Assembly: GCF_012571345.1 (NCBI RefSeq)
Contig: NZ_CP046218.1
Location: 126,392 to 145,046, forward strand
Length of the DNA stretch: 18,655 nt
DNA from: Candidatus Saccharimonadota bacterium
GTDB lineage: Bacteria > Pseudomonadota > Gammaproteobacteria > Enterobacterales > Enterobacteriaceae
Reading direction: 5' to 3'
The notes beneath the pieces were generated by a model. The model did no database searches, had not been told where the DNA came from, and saw only the letters and a program-made list of their open reading frames with translations. The position numbers were made by a program, and so were the translations under genes. Positions 9,153-17,594 of this stretch are shown here, piece after piece. Position 1 is the first letter of the stretch. Each line of letters begins with the position of its first letter.

Positions 9153-11576
9153 TTATGATTGTTTTTCTAATGATTTTATTTTTTGTTTAGCTTCATTTAT
9201 AACATGTTTTGGTATACCAGCTAATGAAGCTACAAATAATCCATAATTTTTATTAATCACACCATCTTTAATAAGATATAAAAAAGTAATTTTATTGTTA
9301 AATTCTATAGCATCAAAATATACATTTTTAATATGTTTGACAATATATTGTAATTGTGTTAATTCGGTATAATTAGTAGCAAATAGTGTTAAAGATTTAA
9401 TTTTTGTCGCTATATGTTTTGCACAAGACCACGCTATTGATAAACCATCACAAGTAGAAGTACCACGTCCAATTTCATCCATCAATATTAAACTATCAGC
9501 TGTAGCATTATGTAAAATATTTGCTGTTTCTATCATTTCTATCATAAAAGTTGATAAACCAGAAGATATATCATCAGTTGAACCAATTCTAGTAAATATA
9601 CGATCTATAGAACCTATAACGGCTCTTTTTGCAGGAACATAACTGCCAATATATGCCATTATAATAATTAGCGCTATTTGTCTCATATATGTACTTTTGC
9701 CACCCATATTAGGTCCTGTAATCATTAACATGGTTTGTTTACTATTTAAATCTACATTGTTCGCTATAAACGGAGCTTCTAGTATATGTTCTATAACAGG
9801 ATGTCTTGATTGTATTAATAAAATTCCTTTTGTATCATTTATTATAGGTTTAGTATAATTTAATGTAATCGCTCTTTCAGCTAAATTACATAATATATCT
9901 AACTCTGATAAATATAATATTAATTGTTGTAATTTTGATAAAAATGGTTTTATATAATTTAATAACTGATCATATAATGTTTTTTCTAAATTTAATGCAT
10001 TATCTTGAGCAGATAAAATCTGTTTGTGATATTGTTGTAATGATGGTATTGTATACCTATAATAATTTTTTAAAGTTTGTATATTTGTATAGTAAGATGG
10101 TATATCGCCAATTTTATTTTTTGGTATTTGGATATAAAATCCATGAATAGTATTATAACCAATTTTTAGTTTTTTAAGATTTAATTTTTGACGTTCGTTC
10201 AATTCTATATTTTGTAAATATTGTTTAGCATTTTTAGATATACGTCTTAATTGATCTAAATCATTATTATAATTATGTGCAATAACATAACCATCTTTTA
10301 TTTGTGATGCAGGATTTTGTAAAATAGCCTTTTTTAAAATTTGATTAATAGATGTAAATAATCCAAGATTTATAATTTTTTCCTTAATATAACAATACGG
10401 TATTTTATATAATTGATGATGTATATCAGGTAATATATCAAATATTTTTCTTAAAGTAACTAAATCATATGGTCGTGCTGTTTTTAATGATAAACGTGCA
10501 ATAATTCTTTCAATATCACCTATTTGTGATAATTTTGGTTGGAAATCTAAATAATAATCTAATAAAATAGTTATACTTTTTTGTCTTGCAAAAATAACTT
10601 GTAAATTACGTGTTGGTGCATTTAACCAACGTTGTAATAAACGACTACCCATAGTCGTTTTAGTCTTATCTAGTACTTTTAATAGAGTATTATTTTTATT
10701 ACCTGATAAACTATATGTAATTTCTAAATTTTTACGTGTATTATCATCCATCAAGATTTCGTGATAATAATTTGCTAATATAATATTATTAATATGTGGC
10801 ACATGACATACTTGTTGTGTATTTTGTATATATTGCATTAAACAGCCTGCTGATTGTATAGCAACATATGCATTATTATAATCAATACCAAAACATTTTA
10901 GATTCGGAACATTAAATTGTTGCATTAAAATTTTATATGATACATCAAAATCAAATTCCCAAACTGGTCTTTCTTGTTTACATTTTATATGTTTAAGTAA
11001 CTTCATATGAGAAAAATTAACTGGATATAATAATTCTGTAGGATTAGTTCTATATATCTCGCCCGCTATAATATTTAAATTATGATGTTGCATAATTTTA
11101 AAATATCCAGAACTCATATTTAATATTGCGTATCCAAAACCATATTTAACATTATAAAATATTGATGCAAGCAAATTTTCTTTATGATTATTTTGTAATA
11201 AAAAATCATCACTAACAGTTCCAGGAGTAATAATACGTACTATCTTACGTTCTAAAATTTTATTTTTAAATAAAACTTTATTACTAGTTTGTTCACAAAT
11301 AGCAATAGATTCACCTAAATGTATTAATTTAACTAAATAATGTTCTACATTACATACTGGCACTCCTGCCATAGGCACATTATTTTTAATAGATCCTCTT
11401 TTAGTTAACACTAAATTCAATAGTTTGGAAGCCTTAATCGCATCTTCATAAAACATTTCATAAAAATCTCCTATGCGATAAAATAACATAATATGAGGAT
11501 ATTTTTTTTTTAAATTTAAATACTGTAACATCATAGGAGTCATGTTATTAGTATTTTGTGAAGTTAAATTGTTCAT
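9153..11576 (-). CDS. mutS: DNA mismatch repair protein MutS (uninterrupted ORF, C-terminally shorter than E. coli MutS)
   Basis: 807-aa ORF. TPMMLQYLNLKKKYPHIMLFYRIGDFYEMFYEDA carries the mismatch-binding F-x-E motif. Also present: Walker A GPNMGGKSTYMRQ, STFMIEM, and Walker B LILMDEIGRGTS. The ORF is colinear with E. coli MutS up to about residue 805. Confidence 0.96.
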   Translation of the reverse strand: MNNLTSQNTNNMTPMMLQYLNLKKKYPHIMLFYRIGDFYEMFYEDAIKASKLLNLVLTKRGSIKNNVPMAGVPVCNVEHYLVKLIHLGESIAICEQTSNKVLFKNKILERKIVRIITPGTVSDDFLLQNNHKENLLASIFYNVKYGFGYAILNMSSGYFKIMQHHNLNIIAGEIYRTNPTELLYPVNFSHMKLLKHIKCKQERPVWEFDFDVSYKILMQQFNVPNLKCFGIDYNNAYVAIQSAGCLMQYIQNTQQVCHVPHINNIILANYYHEILMDDNTRKNLEITYSLSGNKNNTLLKVLDKTKTTMGSRLLQRWLNAPTRNLQVIFARQKSITILLDYYLDFQPKLSQIGDIERIIARLSLKTARPYDLVTLRKIFDILPDIHHQLYKIPYCYIKEKIINLGLFTSINQILKKAILQNPASQIKDGYVIAHNYNNDLDQLRRISKNAKQYLQNIELNERQKLNLKKLKIGYNTIHGFYIQIPKNKIGDIPSYYTNIQTLKNYYRYTIPSLQQYHKQILSAQDNALNLEKTLYDQLLNYIKPFLSKLQQLILYLSELDILCNLAERAITLNYTKPIINDTKGILLIQSRHPVIEHILEAPFIANNVDLNSKQTMLMITGPNMGGKSTYMRQIALIIIMAYIGSYVPAKRAVIGSIDRIFTRIGSTDDISSGLSTFMIEMIETANILHNATADSLILMDEIGRGTSTCDGLSIAWSCAKHIATKIKSLTLFATNYTELTQLQYIVKHIKNVYFDAIEFNNKITFLYLIKDGVINKNYGLFVASLAGIPKHVINEAKQKIKSLEKQS

Positions 11577-11726
11577 ATATTATATGATTTAATTTTTGTA
11601 CTGTGAAAATAAATAAAATCTATTATTTGATATAAAATATACGTGAATCATATATTATATATTTATCATATAATATAAACAGCACAAGTATGTAATATAT
11701 AAATATACAAATCATTAGCATAGTTC

Positions 11727-12458
11727 TTAACTATCTTCTTTATCATGACGATTACCAATAATTTGTAATACAGTTATAAATAAATTAATAAAATCTAAAT
11801 ATAAGATTAATGCTCCTAAAATAACATAACGACGTACATTATCTTTATCTTGCATATTCGTACTAACAATATAACCTAATTCTTTAAGCTTTTGCGCATC
11901 TACAGCAATTAAAATAGTAAATAAAAATACTCCAAAATAGTTTGTAATTGATACAATTAAATCATTATGAAAAATAATATTAATAAAAGAAGATAAAAAT
12001 AATCCCATACATCCCATCATTAATATATTACTATAATTACTTAATCTTGTTTTAGTTTTATATCCCCATATATACATTATTAAAAACATAACAGCAGATG
12101 TAATAAAAGCTGTAAAAATAGTTTTATGATTATATAAAGAATATATACCTGATATTGTTATTCCTGTTAAAAAAGAATAAGAGACAAATAAAGTAGTTAA
12201 CGTTTGACCTGATAATCTGTGTAAAAAATTTGAAATAACAAATACTAAGATAATTTGTAACAAACATAAAATAAATAATACAAATTGATTATATAAAAAA
12301 TATTTAACAATTAAATGCATATGAACAATATTCCATGCAATAAAAGATGTAAATATTAATCCTAAAAACATCCAACCATACACTTTTGTTATATATATAT
12401 TAATATTATTTTTGCGACATTTTAATATTGTATTATGTGAATCCGTATATTCTATCAT
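11727..12458 (-). CDS. ybhL: BAX inhibitor-1/YccA-family inner membrane protein (YbhL-like)
   Basis: 243-aa polytopic hydrophobic ORF. KVYGWMFLGLIFTSFIAW...AVDAQKLKELG...VRRYVILGALILYLDFINLFITVLQIIGNR matches my recollection of E. coli YbhL (QVYGWMTVGLLLTAFVAW...AYDTQKLKNMG...LRKYSILGALTLYLDFINLFLMLLRIFGNRR) better than YccA. Confidence 0.8.
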   Translation of the reverse strand: MIEYTDSHNTILKCRKNNINIYITKVYGWMFLGLIFTSFIAWNIVHMHLIVKYFLYNQFVLFILCLLQIILVFVISNFLHRLSGQTLTTLFVSYSFLTGITISGIYSLYNHKTIFTAFITSAVMFLIMYIWGYKTKTRLSNYSNILMMGCMGLFLSSFINIIFHNDLIVSITNYFGVFLFTILIAVDAQKLKELGYIVSTNMQDKDNVRRYVILGALILYLDFINLFITVLQIIGNRHDKEDS

Positions 12459-12527
12459 ATAAATACCTATTGTTTATGAAAAATTTTATTATATAAGTAA
12501 TATATAATTTTTATGTAAAAAATATAT

Positions 12528-12556
12528 TTTACAAAAATAAATTTACTGAATATTAT
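12528..12556 (+). promoter_or_regulatory. Candidate sigma70-type promoter for rsmH and the dcw genes (-35 TTTACA, 17-bp spacer, -10 TATTAT)
   Basis: TTTACA at 12528-12533, a 17-nt spacer, and TATTAT at 12551-12556, 36 nt upstream of the rsmH ATG (12592). It lies in the divergent ybhL/rsmH spacer. Such hexamers arise by chance easily in DNA this AT-rich, so this is only a candidate. Confidence 0.25.
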
Positions 12557-12591
12557 ATACAAATACAATATATTAATAAACATATTTTGTC

Positions 12592-13515
12592 ATGAGACAT
12601 AAACCAGTTTTATTAAAAGAAATAATAAATTCTTTAAACATCAAAAAAAAAGGCACATATATAGATGCAACTTATGGATGTGGAGGACATACTAAAGAAA
12701 TTCTAAAAAACTTAGGACCATTAGGAAAAGTTTATGCTATTGATTATGATTCTCAATCTATAGACAAATATAAAATTAATGATCAACGTGTTACTTATAT
12801 AAATAAACAATTTTCTCATCTTAAAAAAATATGTTTAAAATATAATATTGTAAACAAAATAGATGGTATTATATTTGATTTAGGTATATCTTCTTATCAA
12901 TTATATAATCCTATGAGAGGATTTTCATTTATGTCTCATGGTCCATTAGATATGAGAATAAATACAAAGCAAGGAATAACTGCTTATGATTTTTTAAAAA
13001 AAATAAAGTTAAAAAAATTATCTTATATATTAAAAGAATATGGAGAAGAAAAATTTCATAATAGAATAGCAAAAAAAATTAAACAATATATTATGTTTAA
13101 TAAGTTAAATAACACGCATGATTTATCAAAATTAGTATGTTCTATTGTTAGATACAAATATAATAAACATCCTGCAACAAGAACTTTTCAAGCTATTAGA
13201 ATTTATTTAAACAACGAATTAAAGGAATTGCATAAAGCTTTACAAAATACATTAGATATTTTAAAAATAGGTGGTATTTTGTCTGTTATTAGCTTTCATT
13301 CTCTTGAAGATAGAATTGTAAAAACATTTATGAAAAAATTTAGCAGTATAAATATATGTAATTTAAAAATACCTTTAAATAATACAGAACTAAAATATTT
13401 TTTTAGTCATACATGTCAACTAAAAATTATTAATAGAATTTTCCCTACAAAAATAGAAATTAATAATAATTATCAAGCGCGGAGTGCAATATTACGTATT
13501 GCACAAAAAATATAA
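12592..13515 (+). CDS. rsmH: 16S rRNA (cytosine1402-N4)-methyltransferase RsmH (MraW)
   Basis: 307-aa ORF. [36 protein letters not shown]...[29 protein letters not shown]...[21 protein letters not shown]...[11 protein letters not shown]...[11 protein letters not shown] is colinear with E. coli RsmH ([93 protein letters not shown]). Confidence 0.95.
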   Translation: [307 protein letters not shown]

Positions 13516-13613
13516 ATATTAATAAAAAATAATATTTGAATTACAAAGTTATATTATATAAAAATTTTATGTACAAAATTAAATAATATTAAATATTTTG
13601 GAAATACGATGAT

Positions 13614-15089
13614 ATGAATTTAAATGATTTGTTATCTGATTTTTTTTATATAAAAGAACAAAATATTTTTATACAAAATATGTGTATAAATAGTAAAAAA
13701 ATATTAAATAATTGCTTATTTGTAGCATTAAAAGGACATCTTATAGATGGACAAGATTATATTAATGATGCAATTCTTAATGGCGCCGTTGCTGTTTTAA
13801 CATATAATACCGATCGCTATAATAATTATGTCACATATATAAATTTAATACCAGTAATTCATATTAAAAACTTGCAATATCATTTATCAAGTATTGCTCA
13901 TAAATTATATAAATCTAAAAACAGTAATATACCTATAATTGGGGTTACAGGAACTAATGGCAAAACAAGCGTAACAAATATTTTAATGCAATGGTTATAT
14001 TTATTAAAACAAAACCCAACTATTTGTAGTACTATAGGTAATGGTTTTTATAATTCATTAGAATATACAAATAACACTACAGATTCTACCATTGACATAC
14101 AATATAATATTAATAAATTTATTCAGAAAAAATCTAATGTTATTATACTTGAAGTATCTTCACACGGTATTAAACAACATAGAGTAAGAAATATAAATTT
14201 TACAACTGCTATTTTTACTAATTTAAGTCGTGATCATTTAGATTATCATAAAGATATGAGAGATTACGCCAATACTAAATGGTCTTTTATATCTCAATAT
14301 AGTATTAATAATGTTATCATGAACATTGATGATGATATAGGCTTACAATGGTCGAAGCAATTACCAAATGCTATTTTAGTAACTACAAAACAAAATTTGA
14401 TAAATAAACAAAAAAAATACTTTTTAGTAAAAAATATTAATTTTAAAACAGATACAACCATTATTCAATTTGAAACTACATGGGGAGCAGGAAAAATTAG
14501 TATAAATTTACTTGGATATTTTAATGTTATAAATATTATTTTAAGTTTGACAACATTATTATCTTTAAATTATACATTAGAAGACTTGTTATATACATCA
14601 TATAAGTTAAAACCTGTATATGGTAGATTTAATATTATACAAAAAAATAATTGCCCTAAAATTATTATAGATTATGCTCATACACCTGATGCTTTAAAAA
14701 GTATATTACAAACTATAAAATTTTATTATAAAAGTACTATATGGTGTATTTTTGGTTGTGGCGGTGAAAGAGATCAAGGAAAACGTTCATTAATGGGGAT
14801 TATAGCTAGTAGTTTAGCAAATTATATTATTATAACAAGTGATAACCCAAGAAATGAAAATATAAATGATATTATAAAAGATATTATTCAACAATGTTCT
14901 TTTAAAAAAAAATATATGTCTATAATAATAGATAGAAAAGAGGCAATACAGTATGCACTTACTAAAGCACACAAACAAGATGTTATACTGATTGCAGGTA
15001 AAGGTCATGAACAATATCAAATTATTGGTCATAAACATTATGTATATTCTGATTATGATATAGTTAATGATTACTATAAACAAAAATAA
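13614..15089 (+). CDS. murE: UDP-N-acetylmuramoyl-L-alanyl-D-glutamate--2,6-diaminopimelate ligase
   Basis: 491-aa ORF. P-loop GVTGTNGKTS, then EVSSHGIKQHRV, TNLSRDHLDYHKDMRDYANTKW (the carbamyl-lysine region), DYAHTPDAL, FGCGGERDQGKR, a retained DNPR motif (meso-DAP specificity determinant in E. coli MurE), and AGKGHEQYQ. Confidence 0.96.
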   Translation: MNLNDLLSDFFYIKEQNIFIQNMCINSKKILNNCLFVALKGHLIDGQDYINDAILNGAVAVLTYNTDRYNNYVTYINLIPVIHIKNLQYHLSSIAHKLYKSKNSNIPIIGVTGTNGKTSVTNILMQWLYLLKQNPTICSTIGNGFYNSLEYTNNTTDSTIDIQYNINKFIQKKSNVIILEVSSHGIKQHRVRNINFTTAIFTNLSRDHLDYHKDMRDYANTKWSFISQYSINNVIMNIDDDIGLQWSKQLPNAILVTTKQNLINKQKKYFLVKNINFKTDTTIIQFETTWGAGKISINLLGYFNVINIILSLTTLLSLNYTLEDLLYTSYKLKPVYGRFNIIQKNNCPKIIIDYAHTPDALKSILQTIKFYYKSTIWCIFGCGGERDQGKRSLMGIIASSLANYIIITSDNPRNENINDIIKDIIQQCSFKKKYMSIIIDRKEAIQYALTKAHKQDVILIAGKGHEQYQIIGHKHYVYSDYDIVNDYYKQK

Positions 15090-15109
15090 ATTATTAGCGA
15101 TTTGGATTT

Positions 15110-16471
15110 ATGTATTTAAAAAAAATTGCCGCTATCATTCGCGGGAAACTTATTGGTAGTAATATTAAAATTAATAATTTTTCCATTAATAGTAAAAATA
15201 TTAATAACAATTGTATATTTATTGCTATACATGGTAAATATTTTGACGGCCATAATTTTATTCTAGAAGCTATTAATAATGGTGCTAAAGCTCTTATTGT
15301 ACATAAATATGTATCTGTATACATACCACAAATTATTGTTAATAACACTACTTTAAGTTTAGGTAAAATCAGTGCTTGGAAAAGATCTAAATATAAACAT
15401 TGTATTATTGGTATTACAGGAACAACAGGGAAAACATCATTAAAAGAAATGATAGTATCTATACTACAAAAAAAATACAATATTTTATATACCATTGGTA
15501 ATATGAATAATTATATAGGTGTGCCATTAACTTTACTAAAATTAAATAATAATTTTCAATATGCAGTTATTGAAATTGGAGGTAGTTCTTATAAAGAATT
15601 AGTATATCTTAGTAAGATAGTAAAACCAAATATTGCTATTATAAATAATATTGATATTGCTCATTTACAAGGTTTTAAAAACCTATTTACTATAATTTAT
15701 AGTAAAAAACAAATTTTTTATTATACTAAACATGATGGTATTATCATTTTTAATGATGATGATGACAATCAAAAAAATATTACGAATAATATACATAATA
15801 AAACTATTATGAATTTTTCATTATATAATAAAAACGCGACTGTATATGCAAGTAATATTCAAATACAGGCTTATATTATAAAATTTTATTTACATGCATG
15901 GCAAAAAAAAATTTATATTCATTTAAATTTAATTGGTGGGCTACATCATATTAGTAATGCGTTAGCAGCCGCTACAATAATTATTGCTCTAAAGAATAAT
16001 ATGACATTACAAAATATTGCTAGTGGTTTAACAGATTTCCACCCGATTAAAGGTAGATTGTATCCTATTTTTATTAAAAAAAAACAAATTATTTTACATG
16101 ATGCTTATAATGCTAATCCTAAATCAGTTTGTACTGCCATTAATATTTTAAAAAATATACCAGGATATAAAATTCTTGTTATTGGTGATATGTTAGAATT
16201 AGGGTCGCAAAGTAAATATTATCATATACAAATTGGTAAAATAATTTCTTCAGCACATTTAAATGTTGTATTTAGTATAGGTGAATACACTAAAAACATT
16301 ATATATAACAATACATTCTATTCAAAACATTTTACAAGTTTTACTGATTTAATACATCAATTATTATGTATTTTAAAAAATCAAAAACATTATACCATCT
16401 TATTTAAAGGTTCTCATAAAAATAATATGGATACATTAATCAACATACTTTTAAAACAATTACCAAAATGA
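15110..16471 (+). CDS. murF: UDP-N-acetylmuramoyl-tripeptide--D-alanyl-D-alanine ligase
   Basis: 453-aa ORF. GITGTTGKTSLKEM, NMNNYIGVPLTLL, YAVIEIG, HHISNALAAA, IKGRL, DAYNANP and VIGDMLELG are colinear with E. coli MurF (LTGSSGKTSVKEM, NLNNDIGVPMTLL, YAVIELG, HNIANALAAA, VPGRL, DSYNANV, VVGDMAELG). Its stop overlaps the mraY start as ATGA (16468-16471). Confidence 0.95.
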   Translation: MYLKKIAAIIRGKLIGSNIKINNFSINSKNINNNCIFIAIHGKYFDGHNFILEAINNGAKALIVHKYVSVYIPQIIVNNTTLSLGKISAWKRSKYKHCIIGITGTTGKTSLKEMIVSILQKKYNILYTIGNMNNYIGVPLTLLKLNNNFQYAVIEIGGSSYKELVYLSKIVKPNIAIINNIDIAHLQGFKNLFTIIYSKKQIFYYTKHDGIIIFNDDDDNQKNITNNIHNKTIMNFSLYNKNATVYASNIQIQAYIIKFYLHAWQKKIYIHLNLIGGLHHISNALAAATIIIALKNNMTLQNIASGLTDFHPIKGRLYPIFIKKKQIILHDAYNANPKSVCTAINILKNIPGYKILVIGDMLELGSQSKYYHIQIGKIISSAHLNVVFSIGEYTKNIIYNNTFYSKHFTSFTDLIHQLLCILKNQKHYTILFKGSHKNNMDTLINILLKQLPK

Positions 16472-17556
16472 TTATATATTTAGTACAATACTTATTTAGT
16501 ATAAAATTAAATAATATTTTGATTAATTTATTTTTTAGATCATATATGAGTTTTATTACTTCTTTAATTATCGTTTTGTTTTTACTTCCAATTTTTATTA
16601 AATATACAAATTATAAACAAATATTTCAAGTTATTCGTCTTGATGGACCTGCCACACATTTAAATAAACATTGCATGCCTACTATGGGTGGTATTATTAT
16701 ATTATTATCTATTTTTTTTACTATTATCTTATGGGCTCATTTACGTAATTTATATATATGTTATATATTAATTATATTAGTATTATATGCTTGTATTGGT
16801 TTGATAGATGATTATTATAAATTTGTTTTACAAAATTCTACAGGATTATCAATTAAAAAAAAATTTTTTTCACAATCTTTAATTGCAATAATATTAAGTT
16901 TTTTTATTTATAAACATTATCAAACACAATTAGTATTACAAATATTTATTCCTTTTTATAAAAATATTTTATATCCTATAAATTATGTTACATATATAAT
17001 AATTATATATCTTATTATTGTTGGATTAAGTAATGCAATTAATTTAACAGATGGTTTAGATGGTTTAGCAATTACTCCTACTATTTTTATATCTTTTGGT
17101 TTGACAATGTTATGTTATATAGTAGGTGATTTTAATCTTGCACAAAAATTTCATCTTGTTTATATTCCACATGTTTCAGAAATATCTATTGTTTGTTTTA
17201 CAATAATAGGTTCTGGTTTAGGTTTTTTATGGTTTAATGCATATCCAGCCGCTATTTTTATGGGTGATATAGGTTCATTAACTATAGGTAGCATAATAGG
17301 ATTAATTATTGTTTTACTAAAACAAGAATATTTATCTTTAATTATGTGTAGTACATTTATCATAGAAGCATTATCTGTAATCATGCAAGTATTAATATTT
17401 AAATTAAGAAAAAAACGTTGTTTCCTTATGGCGCCTATACATCATCATTTTGAATTAAAAGGATATCATGAATCACATATTGTAATACGTTTTTGGATTA
17501 TTACGATTATATTAATTATAAATGTTTTTTTAATATTACAAATAAATCAACAATGA
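16468..17556 (+). CDS. mraY: Phospho-N-acetylmuramoyl-pentapeptide transferase
   Basis: 362-aa polytopic ORF. DGPATHLNKHCMPTMGGIIIL, GLIDDYYKF, NAINLTDGLDGLAI, LGFLWFNAYPAAIFMGDIGSL and MAPIHHHFELKGY match the E. coli MraY motifs (DGPESHFSKRGTPTMGG, DDYRK, NAVNLTDGLDGLAI, FLWFNTYPAQVFMGDVGSL, MAPIHHHYELKGW). The TGA stop (17554-17556) lies in the first copy of the 10-bp repeat. Confidence 0.96.
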   Translation: MIIYLVQYLFSIKLNNILINLFFRSYMSFITSLIIVLFLLPIFIKYTNYKQIFQVIRLDGPATHLNKHCMPTMGGIIILLSIFFTIILWAHLRNLYICYILIILVLYACIGLIDDYYKFVLQNSTGLSIKKKFFSQSLIAIILSFFIYKHYQTQLVLQIFIPFYKNILYPINYVTYIIIIYLIIVGLSNAINLTDGLDGLAITPTIFISFGLTMLCYIVGDFNLAQKFHLVYIPHVSEISIVCFTIIGSGLGFLWFNAYPAAIFMGDIGSLTIGSIIGLIIVLLKQEYLSLIMCSTFIIEALSVIMQVLIFKLRKKRCFLMAPIHHHFELKGYHESHIVIRFWIITIILIINVFLILQINQQ

Positions 17557-17594
17557 CCAACAATGACCAACAATGACCAACAATGACCAACAAT
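17548..17594 (+). repeat. Perfect direct tandem repeat, 10-bp unit CAATGACCAA, ~4.7 copies, spanning the mraY stop and murD start
   Basis: Units at 17551-17560, 17561-17570, 17571-17580 and 17581-17590 are identical. Period-10 identity extends left to 17548 (CAA) and right to 17594 (CAAT). Each unit contains ATGA. Confidence 0.95.

Noticed and set aside
9935-10150. 71-aa ORF on the + strand
   Set aside because: Antisense inside mutS, with a low-complexity hydrophobic/aromatic product. Spurious.
14814-15083. 89-aa ORF on the - strand
   Set aside because: Antisense inside the 3' end of murE, with an I/F/N/Y-rich low-complexity product. Spurious.
15094-15495. 133-aa ORF on the - strand
   Set aside because: This is the longest unexplained ORF, but it lies antisense to the 5' part of murF, whose frame has clear Mur-ligase motifs. 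The product is hydrophobic and low-complexity with no recognisable domain, and no room is left for its own expression signals. I treat it as a shadow ORF.
17160-17384. 74-aa ORF on the - strand
   Set aside because: Antisense inside mraY, opposite the highly conserved FLWFN..MGD region. Spurious.
17553-17582. Possible N-terminal extension of MurD from the first ATG of the repeat (in frame with ATG 17583)
   Set aside because: In-frame TGA at 17574-17576 terminates it after 7 codons. ATGs at 17563 and 17573 are out of frame with murD. Only ATG 17583 opens the MurD frame.
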